Positions 52,013-64,000 of a stretch of DNA of 64,000 nt are shown here, in pieces. The position numbers and the translations under genes are program-made. Source of the stretch: Azolla caroliniana (taxonomy: Eukaryota; Plantae; Polypodiophyta); the NCBI GenBank assembly GCA_043228905.1, contig JBHGNT010000007.1, positions 13,640,001 through 13,704,000 of the forward strand. The letters are read 5' to 3'. The notes below the pieces were generated by a model. That model was not told the DNA's origin. It was given only the letters and a program-made list of their open reading frames with translations, and made no database searches. How positions within the stretch are numbered: position 1 is the first letter of the stretch; every line of letters starts with the position of its first letter.

Positions 52013-55000
52013 AAGTAAATAGAGCACGTGGATTGTGAGGAGAAGCAACATGTGTCACACCTAGTGGCGCATGTAAACTAGTACTACCCCACAAGAAGGA
52101 CAAGCGTCGGATACAAGATTTCGAGAAGATGCTGAAAGAAGAAAACATAATAGAAGAAGAAGAGTTCGTGACTCATATTATGGAAGAAGCCTCATTTAAC
52201 GACACCATCGGCAAAATCAAGGCCATTGTGGACTTGAGCTATCTTCACGACCCACGAATGATTTTGGTTAACTCCGTCAACATGTACGCTATCATCGATG
52301 AATACTATCGTGGCATCTTGATGGAGGAAGTTGAAGTCAACACAAAATATAAAACGGTGGATAAGAAGATCAAGCCAGTTGCGGTTCCGCTACTGGAAGA
52401 TAGCTGGCAAAAGATGAAGGAAGTCGCTAATGATCCAAGCTTAAGGAATCCAAAGACAATAGGTCATGTCTTCACCGAAGAGATGAAAAGAAAGCTACAA
52501 GTTGGAAAGGAGGATTTCCTCCTCCCTGAAGAGGAGCGAAAGTTTCGTGAAATGCTTGAAAGGCATGGGAAAGCTTCGCGTTCTCTCCCTAAGAAATCGG
52601 ATGTGCCGACCCAAAGATTATAGAGCCGATGGTGATCTTCACGGTGTCGCATGTGCCTTGGAATTTGAAACTGATACCAGTTCCAAAAGCGCACCTTCCG
52701 AAGCTGATCGAGCTCTTAAAGAAGAAAGTGAATATGGGTATTCTAGAACCGTCGAATGCTCCTTACTCTAATAGGTGGTTCACGGTACCAAAGAAGAATG
52801 GATCATTGCGATTCATCCAAGATCTTCAACTCGTCAACAAGGTGACAATTCGAAATGTTGGAATCGATCCGAGCGTGGACGAATTTGCCGAGGCGTTTGC
52901 GGGCCAGTCCATCTACTCCATTGGTGATCTCTACTCCGGATATGACCAATTCCAATTGGCGATTGACAGTCGTGACAAAACAACCATGAGGACTCCGATC
53001 GGGCTCGTGCGGATGTGTACCTTACCTCAAGGTGCAACGAACTCGATGGCTCATATGGTGAATGCCATGAACAAGGTCTTGAAGGATTGCATCCCGGACA
53101 TCACGATGCCATGCTTGGATGATATTCCGATAAAAGGATGTTCGGATGAGGAGAAAGATGAATCGAAAGATAAGGAAGGGTGTAAAAGTTTGTTGCGGAT
53201 AATATGAAAGATTGCAAGAAGGTGTTTCAAAGGCTCGAAGATGCGAATTTGACATTTTCGGGAGAGAAATCTGCATTCGAGCAACCAGAGATCTTGGTGG
53301 TAGGTCACTTATGTGGAGCATACGGCCGGATGCCTTCGCCATCAAAGGTGAACGCGATCCAGGACATGAAAAAAGAATGCGTAAACCAAATGGAGGTTCA
53401 AAGGTTCCTTGGAGCATGCGCATTTTACCATATTTGGATTCCGCACTACGCCCATGTCGCCGAGCCTTTATATGGATTGCTAAAGAAAAGAATGAAGTTC
53501 GAATGGCGAGACGAGCGCATGAACTCGATGTGAAGATTGAAGAAACTACTTCTTGAAGCTCCAACACTAAGAAAAGCCGACTATACCGAAGGAAAGCGAA
53601 TTTATGTGACTATAGATACAAGCCCAACCGGAATCGGGTGGGTCATCAACCAAGAAGGAGAAGATAATGCGCGGTATGCCATCCGGTTCGGAGCAAAAGT
53701 TCTCAGCGAACGGCAACAAAGATACACCCAAGTCAAGCGGGAACTTTGGGGTATTGTGTCGGTAGTGAAGCCGGACAAAGATTACCTGATGGGGTCGGAA
53801 GTGATAATAGAGACAGATTGTCTCCCAATCCTCAGAATGATATGGGGATGTGCGACCCCAGATCTAGCTATGCTAAGGTGGATCGCCTATATCAAATCTT
53901 TAAGCCCAGAGACCCGCCACATTGCAGGCAAGAAGGATGACATGGCTGATATGATGTCAAGAGCAAGATTTGAAAGTGAAAGTGACATGGTTTCAGAAGA
54001 TGAAGATGTCACCCTCAACTTCTTCAAGATGGCTCGATTATCGGCGTAGGACAAGGACACACTAACCCTCCACACCTTCAATGAGGATGAGTACGAAGGA
54101 GAGTGGTTACTGATCGACAGATTCTTAAGAACAATGACGACAGATGCTTCGTTGACAAAGGAGGCTCTACGAATCCGGAAGAAAGCTTATCGATACTTCC
54201 TGAAGGGAGGCTTCCTTTGGCAACACCCAAAAAGAAGGACGGGAATACCACGCCGAGTGGTGGTGAAGAAAGAAGAGCAAGTGACATTGATGACCGAATT
54301 CCACGAGAGTGATTGGGCAGGTCATAGAGGAACATGGACGACGTTCGAAAAGTTGAAGGAAAAGTACTAGTGGCCAAGCATGTACAAAGATGTACTCCAT
54401 TTCGTGTCCACATGCGAAACTTGCCAAGTACATTCCAACATACGTCATCGTGATGAGCTACGACCAACATACCCACTCACCATACACTTCAAATGGATGG
54501 TTGATCTGGTCTCGATGCCAATGGGAGTGGGACAAATGAAGTACTTAGTGTTGGCAAGAGAAGACTTGACAAATCAAGTGGAAGGGCGGGCCTTGACAAA
54601 TAAGACGACGTTAGTTGTTTGCAAATTTCTACTTGAAGAGGTTGTCTGCCGATACGGATGTATGGGGAAGATAGTCACCGACCGAGGGGAGTTGGACGCA
54701 AACGAAGCAACAGAGCATTTCGAACGACTAGGCGTGAAGCTCTCCCTCATGACTGCCTACAATCCAGAAGCGAATGGGAAGATCGAGCAAGGGCATGGAC
54801 CCATCGTCAAAGCCATCATACGAGCATGCAACGGTCGAGTAAGGAATTGGCCATGACTATTGCCCTATGCCTTGTGGGCCGACTGAACGACACACAGCTC
54901 GGTGACAGGGTATATGCCAACGAAGCTTATGTATGGACAAAAGTCGGTGATACCCATCAAAAGGACGATCGCCTCATGGGTAGCGATACCATGGGAGAAC

Positions 55001-56109
55001 GAGATGAGCCGAGAAGGATTATGAGCGGCATGGATAAGGCAACTTGAAAGGAGACCTGAAGATCTAGAACATGCGCGAAAAATGATGGAGGCAGTCCGAG
55101 TGAAGAACAAAATTCGGTTCGACAAGACGCATCGACTGCATCCCGAGAAGATCGAAGAAGGAGATTGGGTATTGGTCTACGACAACAGCCTTGATATTCA
55201 ACACAGTACAACAAGACAGTTCGCAAGAAGATGGTTCGGACCGTATGTGGTGATAAGTGCCAATGACAATGCCACATACCACCTTGCGGAGCTAGATGGA
55301 TCAAGGTTGGCCATACCCATTGTGGGAAAAAGAGTAAAGTTTTTTCAAGAAAAGACAAGACGAGGATCCTAACCTCGATCACCTCGACGATGAAGATACT
55401 ACGACGGATGTGAATGAGGACGTCGTGGAATCTGATTGATCACCGTAGCCGAAATCTCACACTCTCTCTTCTTGGCACGTACTAGAGGACGTGCGGTTTG
55501 GTGGGGGTGGATGTCATGAAGATTTTCGGCAATGGTCTAAAAATCACATAAAACGAACGAAATTGAGTGTGATTCATATAAAACAATAATAGTGAAGATA
55601 CTAATTTTAAGTAAGTTTAATATCTTAGTAGAAAAAGATAGAGGTCTTGAAGAGCTTTCAGATACACTTTACTACATAAGAAACGGACATCTAAGTGTCA
55701 ACTTATGTGGGTAGGAAATTTGCAAAGACAAAGAGAAAATTAAAATTGTGAGATATCCCACATAGACAGGAAATAAGGATCTCACCATATATAAGGTAGA
55801 GCAAAAGCTATTATCTTTTTGTCTATGTGTGGAGCATGGAGAGTTCAAGGTGACTTGAACTAAGCTATTGGATGAATGGGTGTGGCCTGACTACTTGCAA
55901 AGGTTTTGGCCAACCAAAACCGGACCGGCGACAGAGCCAGTGGCAACCGGCATCTGGCGACGGAACCGGGATTCGACGACTGAACGGTAACTAGCATCCG
56001 GTGATGGAACCGAGATTCGGCGACCGAACAGTAACCGGTATCCGGCAACCGGTAACCGGCGGCTAGATGGATAAATAAATAAATATTTATACATATACAC
56101 AAGGAGGGA

Positions 56110-56172
56110 AAGTAAGGATTTGAACCTTGCACCTCCAAGTTGAGAGTCAACAGATTTACCACTAAGCCAACA
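56110..56172 (-). other. tRNA-like (A box/B box) module inside an LTR
   Basis: TGGCTTAGTGG (56169-56159) and GGTTCAAATCC (56126-56116), 32 nt apart; no convincing acceptor stem. Confidence 0.55.
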
Positions 56173-56611
56173 CATTTTCTCAGAATTATATTTTTATCAT
56201 TGTAACTTTAGATGTATATTCTCATACATGAGAGCTAAAGTGAGTGACATGGTTATCATGCACCACATGTAATACATGAGTGCCAAATGGCAAACATGCA
56301 TTTTATGCATGTCTTGTACCCTCAAATGCATGAGGCCATCTATAAAAGAGGGGAGGAAAAAGATGAAAGGACTAATGTAAAATATTTGGATGATCAAATA
56401 AGAGACTTGTAACCCTATTGTTGATGTATCTTCTCTCTCAAATCTAAAATCAAGAGTTAAATCTTTATTTCAGTATCTCTCTCTTACCATATCAATCTCT
56501 CTCAATCTATCTTAAATACTTTCTCGCTAAAACTAGCATAAACTTCGAATCCTTCCGGTCCAGAACCCCGGCGATTCCGCCTCACGATCGGCGCCTAGTG
56601 ACGGATCTTCA

Positions 56612-59447
56612 CGATACCGGTTAAGAACATGGCCTACCCTTAGTCCTTTAGGGTAGGTATCAAGGTGATCATGGTGCAAGGGGGTAGGGATACACATAAC
56701 CCGCTGGACGTAGTGACTTATATTGTTAGAACGTATTATCTAAGGGACTGAACGGGAGACGGCTTCAACCGAGCTCCTCATGTGCGTAACTATGCACCAC
56801 GTACTTACCTTATATGCTTACGCTTATGCAGTCACATAGAGATAACAAGGAATAGACAAGAGATACAATATCAGGGAGACAGAACTCTATTAATGACTAT
56901 GCTCAAAAAGGCGCTAGCTATTACACTATTCTTTTGCCCTTTATATACACAGGGCTTAGTCAGTTATGCTTCCTATGTGAACCATTGCACGTGTTACTTA
57001 CCGCTCCTAGTATAATAATACATTTCTTTCCCATGCATTATTTACATTTTTCCACCTCTAACACACAACACTTGGCAGGCCTATGGGACAGTGTCGTGGC
57101 ATGTCAGACCCACCCTCTTCTTAGTCATCATCCATAATGTCAAGAGTGTTCGACTTCGATCGCGCGTTATTGTCCGTTGGCATGACTTGAGTGAGGTTGA
57201 TGATATTCTCCTCTGTCGGTGCATTGTTTTCCGCATGGTCCTCTTCTCGCGGCGTCTCCGTGGTGGGCTCAGCTGGTACTCCGTCTGTGGGCGGGGAAAA
57301 GTCGTTTCATGGCGGCTCTATCGTTGGGCGTGGACAGATATTTGGGTGTGACTCTTCCGGGCCTGTTTCCTACGTGGGGGCCTCCGGCGTTGCGTTTACG
57401 AATTCTCGTTATGCAGTGGCTCTGTCGTTGGGCATGACTCTTTCGGGCATGTTTCCTGCGTGGGGGCCTCCGGCATGGCTGTTACCTACGGAGCATCATT
57501 AGGATCAGTTGGAGGCTCATTTTTCTCCGTAGAGTCATTGTCCTGTACGGTAATAGCCTCCACCCTTTTCAATTCCTCCGCCTTTTGATGCTCGCTTTTG
57601 ATCGCGCACAGCTAGTGGAAGATATCTTCCTGACTTTCGTTGAAATCTTCCAGCAATTGTGTTATCTCCTTTGCGTGTCGGTCGGCTAACGTGTGATAGT
57701 CCTGCGTTAGGTCTTCTCGTACCACGACGATGCTCTCTTCATTTAGCTTATAGAACCCTTTACCTTCTTTGCGTTGATTTTCCTAGTCCGCTCGGTAGGT
57801 GTGGAGTTTGGCCACTTGTTTTGCCCATCCGGCCCAGCCTTTGTCCAAGGCTGCTTGTAGCTGCGCCGTAAACCGTTCCTACTTTGTTTGGAGGTGTATG
57901 CGGATCCGGTCCGTCCGTATTTGGGAGCGGGCTTGTGACTCCTCCAAAGCCTTCTTTGAAGAGAATACCACGCGTAATATCAGTCGGCCACAACCGAGTC
58001 TTAGATCACTTCTTTGAGAATCAAACATAGAAATGGGGTTGGAGATTAGTACACGTACACACACAAACAATGGAGAGTACATAGGTTATTGTTGATGACG
58101 AGGTCGTAGACGAGGAGTGCGGAAATGGTGGATCATCGACGGGCGGAGGAGATATCGGAGAAGAGGAACACCAAGGTCAATTGAGCGCACCCGGATCGAT
58201 ATAGTGCTTGGTGTATATGAAGAGATAGGAGTAGGTATTAAGAAGAGGGCCAAGGGTAGGGGATTAACATACTAATTGAAAAATGAAAGAGAGGGAGAAA
58301 GGGGAAGGGGGGTGGCGGCTAAACATAAAAACTAATAAATTAAACCGTAAATAAATAAATAAATTAAAACATAACCCCAAGTGTAGCACAAGGTAAAGGG
58401 CGGGGTAGGAGGGATTAACCTATTAATTAAAAATAAAGTGAAAGAGAGAGAGAGAGAGAGATAGATTAAAACATAATAAACCTAAGATTAAAGATTAAAA
58501 ACGAGATTAAAACATAATAAACCTAAGATTAAAGATAAAAAACAAGATTAAAAACCTAATTAAAGTTTAAAAAGTGGGTTAAGGCGGAGGGAGGGGATTA
58601 ACATAAAAACTAATAAAATGATTAAACCGTAAATAATAATAAAATATAACCCTAAGTGTAACACAAGGTAATGGGAGGGGTAGAAGAGATTAACCTATTA
58701 GTTAAAAATAAATTGAAAGAGAGCGAGAGGGAGAGAAATTAAAACATAATAACCCTAAGATTAAAGATTAAAAACGAGATTAAAACATAATAAACCTAAG
58801 ATTAAAGATAAAAAACGAGATTAAAAACCTACTTAAAGTTTAAAAAGTGGGGTAAAGGGGGGGGAGGGAATTAACATACTACTTAAAATGAAAGAGAGAG
58901 GTACCATTTATAACTAAAAAACGAGATTAAAACATAATTAAAAGGGGGAGGGAGAGATAAAACAAAAGTAAAAACATAATTAGAAAAGGAGGAGAGAGAG
59001 AGAGAGATAAAACATGTAATTATCATTAGGGAAAATTACATTGGGTTTTTGGTGGGTGGGGGGGTGCATGGTCTTACGTAACCGGCAAACTAGTTTCGCC
59101 CCGAAGGGCTCATCAATGCCATAAGACCATGAGGGTGAGGGAGGGGATTTATATAGGATTTTAGGAGAGGGGTAGAGCGAGGGTGTGGGTTCCAAATAGG
59201 GAGTGGGGGGTAGGGGTGTGCTATGTGTATATGTGCACATTAAGGGATGGTAGTGGGGTGTAAGGTTTTTAAAGATAGGGAAAAGGGAATGGTGAGAGGG
59301 TGTAAGGGAGAAAAAAAAGGTAAGAGAGAGGGTAAAGGATGTGCACATGTGCACATGTGTATGTTGAGGAAGGAGAGGGTAATGGTAAGGGTGCTAAAAT
59401 ATAGGGAAAAAGGGAAGGTAACGTGGGCAAAAGTGTAGGGTCAAAAA

Positions 59448-59487
<40 letters not shown>

Positions 59488-59724
59488 TAAATATTTGGTT
59501 TAGAATAAGGGGTATAGGGTGGCTAAAGAAAAATGGAGGGGTAGAGCATTAAATAGGGGAAAAGTTGGAGGGGGGGTAGAGGCGTAAATAGGGAAAAGTT
59601 GGAGGAGGGGTAGATGATAAAAAACTTAAAAGTGGGAATGGAGGGGGTAGAGATAAAAGTGAGGGAGGGGTAGAGGTGTGATAATGAAAAGTGAAGGTTT
59701 AAAGGGGTAGGAGGGTAGGGGGTA
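56612..59724 (-). mobile_element. 3' part of an Athila/Tat-like element: low-complexity spacer, decayed coiled-coil/acidic ORF, 3' LTR (56612-57070)
   Basis: The LTR matches 38523-38991 in reverse (CCCTG.GTATATAAAGGGC, GGAGCTCGGTTG.AGCCGTCTCCC, CC.TGTTC.TAA.CGGTA). Decayed minus-strand ORF about 58030-57100 ends in an acidic tail. Confidence 0.65.
58322..58880. repeat. About 278-bp tandem duplication with internal about 41-bp subrepeats
   Basis: AACATAAAAACTAATAAA... recurs at about 58322 and 58600; GATTAAAACATAATAAACCTAAGATTAAAGAT occurs four times. Confidence 0.85.
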
Positions 59725-61420
59725 TGTGAAACCCTAATAGGGAAAAACCATGAGAGCCCACAGACTCCAAAATATCACTATATAAGAAAGGTACAATCAG
59801 AGACTCGGAGGCAATGACCTCGAGCTTTGTATCTTCGCCAAACAGTAGTATCGCTCTCTATCTCTCTCTATATATACAACAGTTATGCACATACAACAAT
59901 ATGACAACACACACACTTCTATGATTGCCCTAGGTCATATTTATACTCATATGAACTTAGTGCTATTTACAAATATAGCCTCAATAGGCTTACTCAAAAC
60001 ATATTTACAAATATGTCTTCTCTTCCGATTCTCACCGGGTCCATCCCATCCAGTTTCTGGATCTCTTCCAATTCTCACCGGGTCCTCTTCATTCATAATC
60101 GGATCCCATCAGGAGGGACCAACTTCCCAACAATCTCCCCCTTCACTCCGACATGGGATGCCTCGTCAACCCAATCCGCTTTCGGCACGCATCCAGCTTG
60201 TCGGTTGTCACCACCTTGGTCAACATATCCGACTCATTTTCCTCCATGTGGATCTTCATCAACATGTACTCTTGATCTTCTACTCTCTCCCAGATCCAGT
60301 GGTACCTCCGTTGGATATGTTTCGTCCGGGAATGGTAGGTTGTGTTCCTCGCAAGGTGGATGACACTTTGACTATCGCAGTAGAGCCGGTATTCCTCCTG
60401 TTGGATCCCTAGCTCTCCAATGAAGTCCTTCATCCAAATTATCTCCTTGTCGGCTTCCACAACTACCATGTATTCCGCCTCCGTGGTTGAAAACGCAACC
60501 GTCTTCTGCAGCCTCGACTGCGATGAAATAACTCCCCCTGCATAAGTCATGACATATCTAGATGTAGATTGGCTGGTATCCGCATTAGCCGACATATCCG
60601 AATCGGTGAAGCCTTCCAAGAGGGTTTACCTGAGCCGAATCGGAGGCACATACTCGAGGTACCTTTCAAATACCGGAGTACCCACTTTACCGCGTTCTAA
60701 TGCTCTCTTTCGGGATTGCTCATGAACCGGCTCACCACTCCGACTGCATATCCGATATCCGGTCGGGTACATACCATCGCATACATCAAAGCTCCCGAAG
60801 GCAGAAACATATGGTATCTTCATCATATCCGTCTTCTCTGCCTTTGTCCTCATACTTTGTTTTCCGAATAGTTTGCAGTTTGTTGGAAGTGTCGATCCGA
60901 CCGGTTTCACCTCTAACATGTTGAACCGTTGAAGCACCTTTTTCATGTACTTCTCCTGTGACAACCACAACAGCTTCTTCGACCGGTCCCAGATGATGTG
61001 CATTCCCAATATCTGTCTTGTCAGACCCAAGTCTTTCATTGAGAAGGTTCGGTTCAGAGCCTTCTTCAGCATCTGAATCTTGCCTTGGTCTCATCCGACG
61101 ATTAGCATATCATCCACATATAGGAGAAGTATTAGTAAATCTCCTCCGTCAAATTTCTTCACAAACAGGTAGTGATCGGCCTGCGTCTTGTTGTACCCTT
61201 GGTCGGTCATGAAGGAGTCGAACTTCCGGTAATATTGCCGGGGAGCTTGCTTCAGTCCGTATAAGTTCTTCTTCAGCCGGCACACCAAGTGCTCCTTCCC
61301 TTTCTTCTCAAATCCTTTTGGTTGATGCATTAAGATCTCTTCTTCGAGGTCGCCATGTAGGAATGCCATCTTGACGTCCAGTAGCTCTAGCTCGAGGTCC
61401 ATGCTTACCGTTATGCTCAA
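59725..61420 (-). mobile_element. Ty1/copia RT-RNase H, PPT and truncated 3' LTR (59725-60132)
   Basis: LDVKMAFLHGDLEEEI, LLLYVDDMLI, STTEAEY, HSRTKHIQRRYHW; GAAGGGGGAGAT before TGTTGGGAAG. Confidence 0.92.
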
Positions 61421-62410
61421 TGTTAGGAAACAGGTCCCTCCAGATGGGAAGTGAGAAGACCCAGTGAGAACCGGATGTGGAGTACCCGGCAATGGAAGAC
61501 CCAATGAGAACCGGATGTGGAGTACCCGGCAACGGAAGACCCGGTGAGAACCAGATATGGAGTACCCGACAACGGAAGACCCGGTGAGAACCGGATGTGG
61601 AGTACCCGGCAACGGAAGACCCGGTGAGAACCGGATGTGGAGTACCCGGAAAGGAAGACCCGGTGAGAATCGGATGACGAGTGCCCGGCAAGAGCCGGAT
61701 GGTGATGCAGGCCCGGTGAGGAGTGCTCACCGGCTGAAGGGACATATTCGTAAATATGTTTTTGAGAGTCCATTGGGGCTATATTTGTAAATAGCCGAAA
61801 AGTCAGATTAGTATAAATATGACTTAGGGCAAACTTAGTCAGTAGTAGTTGTCATTCTTGTTGGTGCAAGATTTGAGTGCAATCGTGTACAGAGAGAGAG
61901 AGTGAGAGACGAAGAGAACGTTGTCTCTGTTGTAATCGCCGCCTATGGCGAAGATAGTGAACAAGAGGTCGTTGCCTCTGTGTTCATCTATTGTATATTG
62001 TAACATAGTGATGTTTGCAGTCTGTGGACTGCCGTGGTTTTTCCCGTGTTTGGGTTTTCCACGTAAACATCTTGTGTACTCTTCTCTTTACTGTGTCATG
62101 CGTACATTACCCATTTTTCTGTGTTTGATCCTAGACTCGGTTGTGGCCGAGCGTTGTTTTTCGGGAGCGTGTAGTCCTATCAAAGTGGTATCAGAGCGAA
62201 ATGACACAAAAAATGGACGAATCGTTGGGAGGCATGTTCAAGCTCATCGGCTCCAATTACTCAGTGTGGAAGTCGAAGATGAGGGACATGCTCGTGGTTA
62301 AAGATCTTTTGTTGTCGGTTCAGTTCGGAGACAGTAGACCGGACAAAATCGATGCCACGATATGGGAGGTGATGCACATGAAGACAACGGCATACATACA
62401 GTGCTTCATT
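61421..62410 (+). mobile_element. Copia 5' LTR (61421-62182, 40-bp array), tRNA-Met PBS and gag start, truncated
   Basis: TGTTAGGAAAC...CCTATCA, TGGTATCAGAGC at 62186, MDESLGGMFKLIGSNYSVWKSKMRDML. Confidence 0.92.
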
Positions 62411-63100
62411 CTCCTCTCTCTTAGAGGGTATCTCCGTCCTTGGTTTTCGGCAACCGGTTCCTCTGTCTATTCCGAATCTGAATCTGATTCAGGATCTTGT
62501 CTAGTTCTAGTGTCTTCTTCTTTGTCGTCGTCGGTCGGTTTAGTTTCTTGTCCAAATCCGGCCGGTTCGTCGAGTGCCATCAAGTTATCGGCTAACATCC
62601 GGTTTTCAACCGGGTAAGTCCTTGTATCCTCAAGCTAGTTTTCATTGGATGATCCGGAGTTCATTGCCTTCATCTCCGACTCCCAATCGGCAATGGTCTT
62701 GTCTTCCATGAAGACTATGTCCCGACTCCGGAACACCTTCTTGTCGACCAGATCCCACACCTGGTAACCGAACTCATCATCGTCGTATCCAAGGAATATG
62801 CATGGCTTGAACTTCAGATTCAACCTGCTCTCTTGTCCTTTGCAACATGCACATATGCGAGACACCCGAACACCTTCAGATGTCGGTAAGACACGTCTGT
62901 ACCGGTCCATACTCTCTGTGGTGTGTCTCCGTCTAAGGGTGCTGAGGGTGATCTGTTTATCACATATGTCATTGTCATTAGCGACTCAACCCAAAACGTC
63001 TTGGGTAGCTTTGTATTTGTCAGCATGCTCCGGACTCTCTCCATCACGGTTCGGTTCATCCTTTCGGCCAACCCGTTTAATTCTGGCGTCTTTGTCATCT
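62411..63100 (-). mobile_element. Copia integrase C-terminal fragment
   Basis: TPELNGLAERMNRTVMERVRSML, HLKVFGCLAYVHV, CIFLGY...SRDIVFME. Confidence 0.9.
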
Positions 63101-63889
63101 GCCACTGCCCGGTGCAAGGCCCTCATCATCAATCCCACCATGCATGTCTTGCAGAGGTTTCTCAACAACAGAAAAACGACCAAGTCTAGTTGCAATAGGA
63201 GCCATGCCATTGGACACTTTTCGTTACCCTACTTCTCCGTACTCCTACAATTCAGCCATGCCAGCAAGAGGTTTTACTTTGCAAGTAAGTCTTTGTTTTG
63301 GGTCAACTTCAATACAATCCCATGCCTTGCTGGATTCTGGTGCATCTACTTGTTTCATCGATATCGTGTTCATCCGAGCACATAAAACCCTCACCGCCCG
63401 CACAACACAACCCATATCCGTTGAAGCTATCGACGGAGGGGTTCTCTCTTCGGGGGAGGTTACCGAACCCACTATCCCATTGATACTTTTAGTTGGGTTC
63501 CATCATGAGGTATTAACATTCTACCTCATTGCAACCCCTCAACTTCCAATTTTTTTAGGGCTCTTATGGTTGGGAACACACAATCCAACAGTAGATTGGT
63601 GCAGCCGCTCCTTCACTTTTCCACAAACACCAGCGCGGGTCACGACTCCCCACCCTGTTACTTGTGTGGGGGCTGCTTTCAGCTTGGGTGCACATTCTTC
63701 TGAATTCAACTTAGTCTCCGACACTGCTGATTCCTTTGTGGCCAATTCAAACTTGGTCACTTCTATGTTGGTTGTGTCACAGGACGTCTCTTTTCCTGTC
63801 ACCAATTTTCACGCAAGATATAGCGACTTTTTGGATGTGTACAAAAAGAGAAATGCAGATCGGTTACTGGCACATTGCCCCTATGATTG
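63101..63889 (+). mobile_element. Chromovirus-type gypsy protease region
   Basis: ALLDSGASTCFID...IFLGLLWLGTHNPTVDW...RLLAHCPYDC. Confidence 0.8.
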
Positions 63890-64000
63890 TGTTGGGAAAC
63901 AAGTCCCTCTAGATGGGAAGTGAAGAGCCGAGTTGATGAGTAACTCGGCCTCGGCCGAAACCTAAATCATGAATACATCCAACTCAGATGACTATACTTG
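63890..64000 (+). mobile_element. Start of another copia LTR (41532/61421 family), running off the window
   Basis: TGTTGGGAAACAAGTCCCTCTAGATGGGAAGTGA matches the other family starts. Confidence 0.88.

Larger units (their letters stand above)
50737..56614 (+). mobile_element. Ty3/gypsy (fungal-like RT): gag end, PR, -1 frame RT-RH-INT, PPT and 3' LTR (55512 to about 56614)
   Basis: SNRWFTVPKKNGSLRFIQDLQ, IGDLYSGYDQF, CLDDIPIKG, AYNPEANGKIEQGH, RRWFGPY; GGTGGGGGTGGA then TGTCATGAAGA...TCTTCACGA. Confidence 0.92.

Noticed and set aside
61455-61680. Regular repeats as a possible CRISPR array
   Set aside because: Head-to-tail units with no unique spacers, inside a plant LTR; no cas genes.

Overview
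Nuclear DNA from a land plant. A seed-free lineage (fern, lycophyte or bryophyte) is inferred from the TE families but not proven. Two intact multi-exon genes lie on the + strand: a PIG-W/GWT1 inositol acyltransferase (16 exons, 2299-7018, one GC-AG intron) and ARPC2 (9 exons, 20084-25724). Most of the remainder (about 8-19 kb and 27-64 kb) is nested, decayed LTR retrotransposons: several Ty1/copia copies, chromovirus fragments, fungal-like Ty3/gypsy copies and an Athila/Tat-like lineage whose LTRs mostly start TGTTACC. There are three solo LTRs and one two-LTR element with target-site duplications, plus a purine-permease gene fragment. The main novel signals are: (1) two Athila/Tat-like elements carry a copy of a tRNA-Arg 3' end (an inverted PBS) 2 nt before the 3' LTR, where the polypurine tract should be, which suggests tRNA-type priming of both DNA strands; (2) a -1 frameshift cassette (GGATTTT, 6-nt spacer, covarying stem/pseudoknot) is conserved downstream of the protease in two gypsy copies; (3) tRNA-like A/B-box modules occur in an LTR and in a second repeat; (4) one LTR family has independently amplified different U3 tandem-repeat units. 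All coordinates, translations and identities were read by eye, and family names come from recalled motifs rather than database searches.
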